Assembly (NCBI GenBank): GCA_041665365.1
Contig: JBAYIY010000005.1
Location: 5,946 to 69,945 of the forward strand
Length of the DNA stretch: 64,000 nucleotides
Direction: 5' to 3'
Origin: Patescibacteria group bacterium
GTDB lineage: Bacteria > Patescibacteriota > Patescibacteriia > UBA9570
Under the pieces are notes generated by a model. That model searched no databases. It saw nothing but the letters and a program-made list of their open reading frames with translations, and was not told the origin of the DNA. The translations under genes and the position numbers were made by a program. Within the stretch, counting starts at the first letter, position 1. Every line of letters begins with the position of its first letter. Below are positions 27,941 to 37,195 of the stretch, piece after piece.

Positions 27941-29329
27941 TTATTGTTCAATAACCGCAAGGTCGCCCACATTCATCCAACCATAGAGCCACTCGGCATT
28001 GGTATAAGAAATGTTCACACAACCATGGCTCATAGGATGACCAAAATTATTATGCCAGTAGGCACCGTGTAAATAATAATGAGGTCTAAACTCAAGATTA
28101 TATAAGGTATTTGGTAGATAAAAACCAGGACCAGAATATAACTTACTATAGATTTTTCTTAGAATATGATACTCCCCTGGCGGTGTGCCCATACCCGGGA
28201 CACCGGACGAGATTAAAAAACTATTCACCAAATAACCCTGTTCGTATGCATACATTCTTTGTTCACTTAAATCTACGCGCACATATTTAGCCACATCAGT
28301 GCGACCATCTGGTTTTAGTTTACCAGGCAAGGTGACGATGCGATCTTGGTAGACTGCTATATTCACGCCACTGTGAAAATCTTCTTCATAGGCAAAGAAA
28401 CCAGGATTGATATCTTTACCATTGGCCTCATACATTTTTACTTGTGGACCGCCCTTACCATGTACACCTACCACTATTTCAACTTTACCATCATTATCAA
28501 TGTCACTGGCCGCGACATTCACGCCACCTCTAAACCCTTCACCGAAAACTTTAAATTCGTTAACGATAGTTTGTTGGGCATCGTAGTTATAAATTTTAAC
28601 CCAAGCATCGCCATCTTGTTGAATAGTAGTGATCACTTCGGCGGCTGGATCGTTATCGACATTACCAACAGCGACACTGACACCACCCTGGTTGTCATTG
28701 GCAAACGGATGAAACTCATATGTTTTTTGTTTACCGGTCGCTGAGAAAACACGCACGGTTGGTGCCATTTTTTCTCCACTGCCCACTACGATGTCAGCTT
28801 TACCGTCGGCATCAACATCTCCCACGGCGACATTGACTCCGCCATTGTAAGATTGATCGAAGGCGAAGAAGCCTACTGTTTGATCCACCCGACCACTGCC
28901 ATCGAACACGCGAATATGTGGACCACCACCAACTTTTGGCCCAGTGATAATTTCGGTTCGACCATCTCCATCCACATCACCAGCGGCTACATTCACCCCT
29001 GCTAGCATGTTGGTATCGTACGCGTAGAACTGATTAATAAATGAACCATCTAATCGAAAGGTTCTAACTTGCGGCCCGCCTCCTAAACCGGCCGCCGTAA
29101 TTATTTCTGGTATGCCATCTGTTCCTAGATCAGCGATCGCTATTGTACCGCCGCCCGTAAAGGCTTGATCGTAAGCAAAAAAATGAGTAGTTTGGTTGTA
29201 CTGTCCATTACTATTCGAAAACACCCGTACTTCCGGTGCTCGCAAATATGTGGCCGCCTGAACATTGGTGGCGACAGTTGTTCCAATCAGAAGGCAAAAT
29301 AAACTCACTATTATGTAGTGTGTCTTCAT
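27941..29329 (-). CDS. FG-GAP repeat protein fused to a YkuD L,D-transpeptidase domain (tandem paralog)
   Basis: Signal peptide; FG-GAP-type repeats; VDLSEQRMY, HGAYWHNNFGHPMSHGCVN. Confidence 0.9.
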   Translation of the reverse strand: MKTHYIIVSLFCLLIGTTVATNVQAATYLRAPEVRVFSNSNGQYNQTTHFFAYDQAFTGGGTIAIADLGTDGIPEIITAAGLGGGPQVRTFRLDGSFINQFYAYDTNMLAGVNVAAGDVDGDGRTEIITGPKVGGGPHIRVFDGSGRVDQTVGFFAFDQSYNGGVNVAVGDVDADGKADIVVGSGEKMAPTVRVFSATGKQKTYEFHPFANDNQGGVSVAVGNVDNDPAAEVITTIQQDGDAWVKIYNYDAQQTIVNEFKVFGEGFRGGVNVAASDIDNDGKVEIVVGVHGKGGPQVKMYEANGKDINPGFFAYEEDFHSGVNIAVYQDRIVTLPGKLKPDGRTDVAKYVRVDLSEQRMYAYEQGYLVNSFLISSGVPGMGTPPGEYHILRKIYSKLYSGPGFYLPNTLYNLEFRPHYYLHGAYWHNNFGHPMSHGCVNISYTNAEWLYGWMNVGDLAVIEQ

Positions 29330-29331
29330 AA

Positions 29332-29652
29332 TCAATTCATATTTAAACTACCCTCAACCACTGTGTATTGAGACTTAGTTAATTCAGCTATAACTTCTGC
29401 TAGTGAAGAACCACTAAATTTCAGATCTTTAAAACCTTGCAAAGCCTCATTTTCGACAACTGCTCCGTATGTAGGTGTAATATCGACAGACATCGAACCG
29501 GTACCGACATCTTTTGTCATTACCACGGCAAACTTGACCGGTTGATCGCTCCCTGGAATATTCACATCTATCGTACCACTACGAGTTTGTTCAGGAATAG
29601 AACCGCGTTCATTATTACGGTGCCTCCAAAAATCAGGCTTTAATTCTGTCAT
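29332..29652 (-). CDS. Hypothetical protein (106 aa)
   Basis: Co-oriented ATG ORF abutting the next gene, with an upstream promoter. Confidence 0.65.
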   Translation of the reverse strand: MTELKPDFWRHRNNERGSIPEQTRSGTIDVNIPGSDQPVKFAVVMTKDVGTGSMSVDITPTYGAVVENEALQGFKDLKFSGSSLAEVIAELTKSQYTVVEGSLNMN

Positions 29653-29715
29653 ATTTTGCTTGTGTTTTAACTACCGTTTTTTATTTTTGAACTAACTCAA
29701 AATCACTATAAACAA

Positions 29716-29744
29716 AGTATAGCAAAAAAAATGACCTTCGTCAA
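29716..29744 (-). promoter_or_regulatory. sigma70-type promoter
   Basis: TTGACG-17 bp-TATACT with extended TG. Confidence 0.6.
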
Positions 29745-29867
29745 CTAGCTGACAAAATAGACGATCACTCCAACCAAGAAAACCAACGCCACAGCTCCGC
29801 CAAAACCTAAGACGATCATCATGGTGGTACTTAGACCAGACCGATTATTGCGCAAATATTTACTCAT
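29745..29867 (-). CDS. Small single-TM protein with prepilin-like leader (40 aa; not in the ORF track)
   Basis: Hand translation: MSKYLRNNRSGLSTTMMIVLGFGGAVALVFLVGVIVYFVS; fills the gap between co-oriented genes. Confidence 0.65.
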   Translation of the reverse strand: MSKYLRNNRSGLSTTMMIVLGFGGAVALVFLVGVIVYFVS

Positions 29868-29892
29868 ACATTTTTGTTTAGTGACTGCTTAA

Positions 29893-31263
29893 TTATTGAT
29901 TAGTTGATAACTTTAACCGACTTTGAATCACAATCACCATTAAGGCCACTACTCCGACTAAGGCTAACAAAATTGAGTATTCCGGAATGGTAACCACTAA
30001 GGGGAAGAAACCCATGAACAATACCAACATGGGCAAGAGGAATTTTATGGAGAATTTACCACCAGCCACGCGCCCAACTAAATACAACATGAGTGCACTT
30101 ATTAATACCCACGCACTGACAAAGGCGCCATACAGTGGCATCGAAAAATATGGGACATTTGTAATGTTGGCAAACACTTCAATGGTTGGATCAATCGTAA
30201 AGCTCGATAAATAATGGAATAGTGGGAAAAATAAAGTATATAGAATTGATAGTAAAAACAAATCGATTAACGATAATGGTTTGCTACCAAACTGATAAAC
30301 TAAAAATAATAAGATGATAATAAAGACTACAAAGATCGGCGCCATCACCACATAAACGCGCGATACTTGCAGTGATGGGTTAACCTTATCCCCGATCGCT
30401 ATAGAAATAGTTGGTTTGGAATAAAGGTCAGGCTTATCCCAAGTGAGTTGCACATAGTTCGCACCAAACTCTCTCTGATCAACCGATAAACCTTTGGCGA
30501 CATCGTAAGACCGAATACCGTTGATGCGTCCGATAAAATGAAAATCCTGCGACCCTTTGGGATTATCAATCCCTTCATAAGTAAACACGGCTAAACCAAC
30601 TGTGTTATAGGTCACATGAACTGTCACATTACCATTAGCCGGAATCTCACCATTCCATTCTAAACCAAGATTTTCCGTGACGCTGGGATAATAATAGTCG
30701 TACGTGTCGGTATTATTTTCCAGTTTAATAGTAGTCTTGGCATTTGAGACTGGTTTACCATCAACCGATAAGGTGGCATTACTAATTTCATTATCACTCG
30801 CTTCGCTGGGGAAAGGAAATCTAAACGACACGGCCGCCGTTTCAGCTAAGGTATTACTTAATACATAATCAGCACTAAATTTTGTGCGGTAAGTGGGTTG
30901 GTAGGTTAAACCTTTTTTCACATAATCCGCGGTGATATCTACTTGACCGGAAGTACTAGTGAGAGAAGTATTCTCAACAAAGCGTTTCACTTTTTCGGCA
31001 TTAAGTTGCTCCTTGTCATACAAAGGTTCAGCCGAATCAACCCCTGCTAAACTAGGCGAAGTTTGTGTGAGTGATCCATTATAAACCGCACTGACAGCGT
31101 CATAATTACTGGCGGTAATATCTTCTCGGGTACTAACCACGGCCATCATAATTAAACTAAATACTCCAATCGACATGGCCAGAATAATCACCGCCGTAAA
31201 ATACTGGATTAATAAATAATTGTTTTTGGCAAGTAGTGAGACTGGTTTTGTTGGTTGATCCAT
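29893..31263 (-). CDS. CreD-like inner membrane protein
   Basis: One N-terminal TM, large extracytoplasmic beta domain (FRFPFP), six C-terminal TMs; topology resembles CreD. Confidence 0.55.
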   Translation of the reverse strand: MDQPTKPVSLLAKNNYLLIQYFTAVIILAMSIGVFSLIMMAVVSTREDITASNYDAVSAVYNGSLTQTSPSLAGVDSAEPLYDKEQLNAEKVKRFVENTSLTSTSGQVDITADYVKKGLTYQPTYRTKFSADYVLSNTLAETAAVSFRFPFPSEASDNEISNATLSVDGKPVSNAKTTIKLENNTDTYDYYYPSVTENLGLEWNGEIPANGNVTVHVTYNTVGLAVFTYEGIDNPKGSQDFHFIGRINGIRSYDVAKGLSVDQREFGANYVQLTWDKPDLYSKPTISIAIGDKVNPSLQVSRVYVVMAPIFVVFIIILLFLVYQFGSKPLSLIDLFLLSILYTLFFPLFHYLSSFTIDPTIEVFANITNVPYFSMPLYGAFVSAWVLISALMLYLVGRVAGGKFSIKFLLPMLVLFMGFFPLVVTIPEYSILLALVGVVALMVIVIQSRLKLSTNQ

Positions 31264-31315
31264 AGGGGTTAGTAAATAGTAATAGGTTGTATTGTAATCG
31301 AAAAAAGGGGAAAGA

Positions 31316-31993
31316 TCAACTTAGTTGTGTGAACATGGTTTGCAGTTGAGCTTTGGTTAATTGCCCGGGGGCGGATTGCTCGGCTTTAGTTAACGGGGCA
31401 AATATCATCTCATTGCCCCACAGTGATCCATAGATTCTGGTCACTGTCCCCCATTCGCCCATACCGAGAACAATAACCGGAAACTTTTTAGCTTTTAGTT
31501 CCAGTAATAATTGCAGTAAGGTCAGGGCATTTTTTTTATGTAAACACAGGGTTGAGATTTTATAAATCTTGGGTGCATACCGGTGCATGACATCAATTAT
31601 TTCCCATAATTTTTCCAGATGCGGTGTATTGTGATAATTATGATAAGACACAATTTGTTGAACAGACCAATGGTGGTTTTTGATAAGCTCTAACTCGTCA
31701 GTTTGATCGGAAATATCTAAATCCAACCAAGCCGGTGTGTTACGCACTTGTTGGATAATTCTTAAATGTTGATCGGCATCCAAACGTACTCGAGCGAGCT
31801 TTTGTCTGCGCAACACCAGAATAAGTTTTTTACCCAATTGTTTAATCAGTTGTGGAACAAATGAATCATCCAAATCAGTGATGTAATCCAACCACACTTC
31901 GAAGTAGGTATAGTCAGACAGATTAGCCTGAATAGTTGCTAACACTTCTGCTTGAGTGCTCTTAATTATGGGTAGACAGTATTTTATAGTCAT
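31316..31993 (-). CDS. aroD: Type I 3-dehydroquinate dehydratase
   Basis: IVSYHNYHNTP, YKI, LGMGEWGTVTRI, SAPGQL. Confidence 0.88.
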   Translation of the reverse strand: MTIKYCLPIIKSTQAEVLATIQANLSDYTYFEVWLDYITDLDDSFVPQLIKQLGKKLILVLRRQKLARVRLDADQHLRIIQQVRNTPAWLDLDISDQTDELELIKNHHWSVQQIVSYHNYHNTPHLEKLWEIIDVMHRYAPKIYKISTLCLHKKNALTLLQLLLELKAKKFPVIVLGMGEWGTVTRIYGSLWGNEMIFAPLTKAEQSAPGQLTKAQLQTMFTQLS

Positions 31994-32005
31994 AGCATTA
32001 AATTA

Positions 32006-33034
32006 TCAGTTCTGTTTTAATTTGTAATACGTTGCCTTGCCTTTACCGTGTGCTGTAATCATTTTTTGATCAACGAGATAACGCAAATCGGCGGCGCGAG
32101 TTGATTTGGCGCGTTTTACCAATGTGGCATAAAACGCATCATTGATCGAGCCATGGGCTCGAATATAGTTCATGATAATATGGTGATACTCTTTTAAACC
32201 TGAAGCGGGGGCTTGGCTGGTGTTATCTAGCTCAGTCTTCACTCGTATTAGTTCATCAATGATTCCGTCCGTAAAATATTCTAGCCACACCGTAAAATCA
32301 ACTTTCAAATCATAATAACTACCTCTCTCTCCCACCAGAGAAAAATACTTTGTCACATTATTATTATAATAACGCTCAAAACTAAATAATTGAAAAGTAT
32401 TTAAACCTAATCCAGCTAACAATACTTTGGTAGCCAAACGCACGGTTCGACCATTGCCATCAATAAACGGATGAATTAAAACAAATTGTTTGTGAAAAAT
32501 TCCGGATAAGATTAAAGCATCAATCGTGCCTTGTTGAGTAGCAATAAACTCTATTAAATCTCCGAGTAAATTTGGCACATCCTGCTGATCTGGTGGCCAA
32601 TAAACTGTTTGACCAATGCTTGGATCACGTACAAACACTGGCGCAGTTCTTATCACTCCTGAGGATGATTCCAACATGACTCCTGTTGTTACTTGACGAT
32701 GAATTTTTAATATTAAAGATTCATCAAGTATATGTCTGCCAGTTTTTAGTTGATCATTTAACATCATTAAAGCCTGATTATAATTCAACACTTCTCGTTG
32801 GGTATCACGAATATGCGCCGGAGCTTGTTTGAGAAGTTGTTTCACATCTGTTAATGGTAAGGGATTCCCCTCGATACTAGTTGAAGCATGAGCTGACACT
32901 TCACGTGCAATTCGTTCCAGTTCAAATAAAACTACTTGCGGAAAACGCCGGTTATTCAAAATTTCCACTATCTGGCTAATTTTCTTAATATTAGCCAGTA
33001 ATTGATTGGTAATAGTGTACTTGGGTTCAAACAT
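32006..33034 (-). CDS. Fic family protein with N-terminal inhibitory motif and C-terminal wHTH
   Basis: HPFIDGNGRTVR; STSIEGN; C-terminal GKGKATYY. Confidence 0.93.
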   Translation of the reverse strand: MFEPKYTITNQLLANIKKISQIVEILNNRRFPQVVLFELERIAREVSAHASTSIEGNPLPLTDVKQLLKQAPAHIRDTQREVLNYNQALMMLNDQLKTGRHILDESLILKIHRQVTTGVMLESSSGVIRTAPVFVRDPSIGQTVYWPPDQQDVPNLLGDLIEFIATQQGTIDALILSGIFHKQFVLIHPFIDGNGRTVRLATKVLLAGLGLNTFQLFSFERYYNNNVTKYFSLVGERGSYYDLKVDFTVWLEYFTDGIIDELIRVKTELDNTSQAPASGLKEYHHIIMNYIRAHGSINDAFYATLVKRAKSTRAADLRYLVDQKMITAHGKGKATYYKLKQN

Positions 33035-33059
33035 AATTGTCTGATGTATCTATTTATTT

Positions 33060-33096
33060 ATAGACGCATTATAGACGATTCATAGACGATTGTCAA
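33060..33096 (-). promoter_or_regulatory. Consensus promoter overlapped by three 11-bp direct repeats
   Basis: TTGACA (33096-33091)-17 bp-TATAAT (33073-33068); + strand repeats ATAGACGCATT/ATAGACGATTC/ATAGACGATTG at 33060-33092. Confidence 0.85.
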
Positions 33097-33156
33097 ACTG
33101 AAATTGCACAGATAGACCACAATATGGAGTTTGTTTTTGTGATATAATACGACACA

Positions 33157-34392
33157 ATGTTAACAACAAGACTCACCTTTTTTCAGGCTTTGCTAACTAA
33201 AGATACCCGAGCAATCTATTACGTATTAGTATTTTCTTTTGATTTCTTAGTTGGTCTAACCGCCACTATTTATTCACTATACCTACTCCGTAACGGCTTA
33301 GATTTATTTCAGGTCAATTTAGTCAACACGGTTTTTATGTTGGGTAGTGTAATTTTTGAAATTCCAACTGGTGCGTTGGCCGATTACGCTGGCCGCAAAA
33401 TATCCGTGCTCCTCAGTTTTGCGTGTTTACCCATCGGCTTTGGAATATATTATTTCTCTTCATCAATCGGTTGGTTTATGTTCGCCGAACTTTGGATTGC
33501 TTTTGCTGTAGCCTGCTTATCTGGTGCTCTCGATGCTTGGGTAATTGATCAAATACAACACCAGGGTTATACCAGTAAAACTGATTTAGTTTTTTCACAT
33601 GGTGGTATCGCTAGTGGTTTAGCTTTACTGCTGGGTGGTGTAATTGGTGCGCAGTTGGGAAATATTTCATTAGGTTTACCATTTGGTTTTGGAGCTATCT
33701 TTGGTTTATTAGTATTGTTATTCACCTACTGGGGAATGATGGAAACAATTAATCACACTAAACGCCGCCAATTTCACTGGCTAACCGGTGTAAAAAGTAT
33801 TAGACATGCCTTTAATCCGGTGGTCATTTGGTTGTTACTGGCGACCGGGGTAGCTAATTTTGCATTTCAACCATTGAACATGTATTGGTCGCCCCGCGTA
33901 ATGGAAATGACTAATCATCAAGTTTGGTTATTAAGTTATGTTTGGATCGGAGTCTCTCTTAGTCTAATGTTGGGAGCTTATTTAGCACAACGCTTTACCA
34001 AATTCACGATGTCTCAGCACTGGTTGTTTGTGATCACAACTTTGATATTAGCTTTACCAATTATTATCATTGCCTCAACCTCCGTAGTATCGACATTGCT
34101 AAGTGGCTTCTTCATTTATGAGATTGGCCGTGGTTTACTAACGCCACTCCATAAAAGTTTTTTAAATAAACACATTCCAGCAAATGAACGCGCGACGTTA
34201 TTATCGTTTGATTCCTTAATAAGCAAATTATGTGCCGGCGCTGGCTTAATTTTATTTGGTTATTTAGCCCGACAATATTCCATTTCACTCACCTGGCTCT
34301 TGGCCGGCCTGATACTATTGTTTCTGATCCCACTTTATTATTACGCTACAAAGAACAGTAAACTGACAGCAGAATATAAACGTGAAAATTAA
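33157..34392 (+). CDS. MFS transporter
   Basis: FEIPTGALADYAGRK, SGALDAW, IPANERATLLSF; about 12 hydrophobic segments. Confidence 0.92.
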   Translation: MLTTRLTFFQALLTKDTRAIYYVLVFSFDFLVGLTATIYSLYLLRNGLDLFQVNLVNTVFMLGSVIFEIPTGALADYAGRKISVLLSFACLPIGFGIYYFSSSIGWFMFAELWIAFAVACLSGALDAWVIDQIQHQGYTSKTDLVFSHGGIASGLALLLGGVIGAQLGNISLGLPFGFGAIFGLLVLLFTYWGMMETINHTKRRQFHWLTGVKSIRHAFNPVVIWLLLATGVANFAFQPLNMYWSPRVMEMTNHQVWLLSYVWIGVSLSLMLGAYLAQRFTKFTMSQHWLFVITTLILALPIIIIASTSVVSTLLSGFFIYEIGRGLLTPLHKSFLNKHIPANERATLLSFDSLISKLCAGAGLILFGYLARQYSISLTWLLAGLILLFLIPLYYYATKNSKLTAEYKREN

Positions 34393-34410
34393 GGTGCTAC
34401 GTTTCTATAA

Positions 34411-34689
34411 CTATTCTTGTATTAGGTGGGCTTTCAAAGCACTAATTTTATTATCCCACACTGAAGTATCACTACTAAGCCACTCGCCAAGTTCTGGAAC
34501 CATTTCACCCTCTTTATATTTACCGCTATATTTTTCGAAGTTATCAAGCTGCTCCCGTTTTCTTGCCGCACAAAAGGCAATTTCACTTTTAATTTCCTCA
34601 TCTGTCATGGGTTGTTCTGATTCTTCCTTTAAGGTAGGTTTCATACCTTCTATATTTTTGGGCTGTACTTTAAAGGGTGATTTTTCCAT
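34411..34689 (-). CDS. Hypothetical protein (92 aa, charged)
   Basis: ATG ORF directly downstream of, and co-oriented with, the second Fic gene. Confidence 0.6.
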   Translation of the reverse strand: MEKSPFKVQPKNIEGMKPTLKEESEQPMTDEEIKSEIAFCAARKREQLDNFEKYSGKYKEGEMVPELGEWLSSDTSVWDNKISALKAHLIQE

Positions 34690-34711
34690 ATTATTCTTGT
34701 TAATATATAAA

Positions 34712-35770
34712 TTATTTCTTCAAACGATAATACGTCGCTTTGCCTTTGCCGTGCGCTGCAATCATTTTAATTTTCTTCAACTTTTGTAGATGTAATTGAG
34801 CGGTTCGTTTTGGACAATGTAAAATATCCACCACATCACTGATGGTCAGTCTACCAAGCGAACCAAGAAAATCTAAAATAGTAACTTGATCTTTATCCAA
34901 AAATATTTGCGTGTCGATATTTAAATCCTTCAGCTTGACTGGCAAACTGAATATTTTACGTCTCACCAGATCGATTTCTTCTTTAAAGCCATTTATAAAA
35001 TATTCCAACCAAGGGGTAAAATCTTGGCGACGAGTATCATAATCCTTGCCAATATTAATGGCGGCATAATAAGCTGGCCGATCATTGTTATAATAATCTT
35101 CCAACGCAAATAAGTGACGGAAATCATAACCACGCTGATAGAGCACTAAAGTGGCTAGGGCGCGAGCCGTTCGACCATTGCCATCGGCAAAAGGATGAAT
35201 CGCAGCAATTTCTTGATGGACAATGCCTGCTACGATAACCGGATTAATTTGCTCTTTGATACTATACTGCATCCATTCGATTAAATTATCCATTAACTTT
35301 GGTACAGCATTTACCGCGGCAGCTGTGTACATGATCTCCTGTCTACCGTCAGCATATCTACGTACAACATACACCATGTGTTTTCTATATTTACCAGATG
35401 ATCCAACTGGCAATGTATTGGTTGTCACTAAACGATGAATCTTTAAAATAACCTGTTTAGTTATGACCTTTTTTTCTTTAACAACTTGGTCAATATATTT
35501 GAGTGCTTTGAGATAATTTTCTACTTCATAAATATCTCGCACCGGGGCAGTAATCTTTTGTTTGTTCGCCAATGCTTCAACTTCTCGAACATTTAAAATG
35601 TTGCCCTCTATAGCCGTTGAACTATGAGTCATTCTAATTAAAGCTTGCCGACGGAGCTTTAGTTCTTGTTGCGGCAAAATTCGCGCACGTTCAATTACTG
35701 CTTTACCTTCGGAAATAGCAGTTAACAGGTGAACAATTTTATCAGTCAATTGATATTTTGGATGAAACAT
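34712..35770 (-). CDS. Fic family protein with N-terminal inhibitory motif and C-terminal wHTH
   Basis: HPFADGNGRTAR; STAIEGN; GKGKATYY; start MFHPKY matches MFEPKY of the other Fic. Confidence 0.93.
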   Translation of the reverse strand: MFHPKYQLTDKIVHLLTAISEGKAVIERARILPQQELKLRRQALIRMTHSSTAIEGNILNVREVEALANKQKITAPVRDIYEVENYLKALKYIDQVVKEKKVITKQVILKIHRLVTTNTLPVGSSGKYRKHMVYVVRRYADGRQEIMYTAAAVNAVPKLMDNLIEWMQYSIKEQINPVIVAGIVHQEIAAIHPFADGNGRTARALATLVLYQRGYDFRHLFALEDYYNNDRPAYYAAINIGKDYDTRRQDFTPWLEYFINGFKEEIDLVRRKIFSLPVKLKDLNIDTQIFLDKDQVTILDFLGSLGRLTISDVVDILHCPKRTAQLHLQKLKKIKMIAAHGKGKATYYRLKK

Positions 35771-35800
35771 ACGGCATTGTAATAATACTACAAAAAATCT

Positions 35801-35833
35801 AATCGCGCAAGATCCGCGCATAAATCGCGCAAG
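35801..35833. repeat. Three 11-bp direct repeats upstream of the second Fic gene
   Basis: AATCGCGCAAG/ATCCGCGCATA/AATCGCGCAAG. Confidence 0.8.
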
Positions 35834-35848
35834 CCTGATTAACATTTT

Positions 35849-35898
35849 ACTGCCCATGACACTTCTTGAAGTGTTATCTTAATGGAAAATTTATTATC
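35849..35898. repeat. Diverged copy of the antiporter 3' end (direct repeat with ~37171-37222)
   Basis: 31 of the first 40 positions match by hand alignment; core TTGAAGTG(T/C)TATCTTAATGG. Confidence 0.7.
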
Positions 35899-35940
35899 TT
35901 ATTGACTGTGCCTTTACCGGTGGCGCCAAACTGAGCGCAT

Positions 35941-37092
35941 TTATTGATCGGTTTTAAAACTAACCGAATCTGACCAAGGTGTTAAGACGCCGCCAATTTT
36001 CGCACGCACCCTGACTTGGTAATGATGATTGGATAGTAGTTCAGACAAGGTATGCTTAGCAGCAGTCGTTTTGATCGTATCGAGCACTTTTCCAGAAGTT
36101 GACCGAAGTTGTATCGTGTATTTCTGCACATCGGTAAGTGTATCCCAAGTAACCCGCGCACTACTGTCTGTACGATTAGCTTTCGGTACAGCCACATTTT
36201 GTACACCAACCTTTTTGATTTTATAACTCAACTGGTCAGTTGAATCTTGAGCAGCATCGGCCGCCATTAATGCACTAGTAGTAAAATCACCTCCAGCATA
36301 GGTTTGCACAGCAAAATTCAGCATATCACCATAATCAATATTTTTCAGATTCAATAATCCAGTACCATCGGCATTGGTTAAATTCAAATCCGTTTCAAAA
36401 CCACCAGCGCTATCCACGTTTTTGCCCGACTCCCCACCCTTAGAGGTGTCACCGATTTCTGGATCAATGACAACTAACAAACTATCTTCATCTGGATTAA
36501 ATGCGGCTGTAGCAAAATCTTCAGTTGTGGATTCTTCATAAATAGCCGTGACCTCAGGACCATTTTCCATGCCGATACTATCACGCAAGGCGTGGAGGTA
36601 AACCGCATAGTACAGAATGGAACCAGAATCACCTTTCTGCATCTTAAACACTAACCACATATCCAGGTCAGCGGGTAAACCAACATTGTCACCTGGGCCA
36701 TCTTGGTCACCGAATTCATAGTATTTTTCTTCCACTAGATCATATACCGATAATAAGGGGTGGAAAGAGTCAATATAGAGTTGCAATTGTGTGGCCGTAT
36801 TACAGACTTTTATATTTTCTAAATCACTCATCAGGTCGATGTTGGTAGTATAACGATCTCCACTAGATTCCGTAGTAGACCAACCAGTGTCACTATAATA
36901 GTAACTAATTCCAGTGAGATCTGATCCATCGGTAGTCAGTGACTCAACATCTGCCCAGTCGCCCGTATTATTATCAATGACTACGCCACTGCAGGCGTTA
37001 CCATCGGCTGAGACAACATTGGGCAATAAGGTACTGCCAATGACCAAACTGGTAGAGATGATGCTGATAATAAACACTTTCAATGGAACCAT
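35941..37092 (-). CDS. Secreted acidic protein with C-terminal fibronectin type III domain
   Basis: Signal peptide; SARVTW..YTIQ..LSEL...YQVRVRA..PWS..VSFKT. Confidence 0.8.
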   Translation of the reverse strand: MVPLKVFIISIISTSLVIGSTLLPNVVSADGNACSGVVIDNNTGDWADVESLTTDGSDLTGISYYYSDTGWSTTESSGDRYTTNIDLMSDLENIKVCNTATQLQLYIDSFHPLLSVYDLVEEKYYEFGDQDGPGDNVGLPADLDMWLVFKMQKGDSGSILYYAVYLHALRDSIGMENGPEVTAIYEESTTEDFATAAFNPDEDSLLVVIDPEIGDTSKGGESGKNVDSAGGFETDLNLTNADGTGLLNLKNIDYGDMLNFAVQTYAGGDFTTSALMAADAAQDSTDQLSYKIKKVGVQNVAVPKANRTDSSARVTWDTLTDVQKYTIQLRSTSGKVLDTIKTTAAKHTLSELLSNHHYQVRVRAKIGGVLTPWSDSVSFKTDQ

Positions 37093-37195
37093 AAAATATT
37101 ATTTAATAATCCTATTTTAGTAGTATAACAAACCCTTACTTTAATTAACAAGGCCCTCCCTTTGTAACCTATTGGCCATGGCAACGTTTGAAGTG

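Noticed and set aside
34382-34789. 135 aa + strand ORF
   Set aside because: Antisense to the 92 aa ORF and the Fic C-terminus; composition is typical of a shadow ORF
33060-35833. CRISPR arrays at the short tandem repeats
   Set aside because: Units are 11 bp, contiguous and spacer-free; no cas genes
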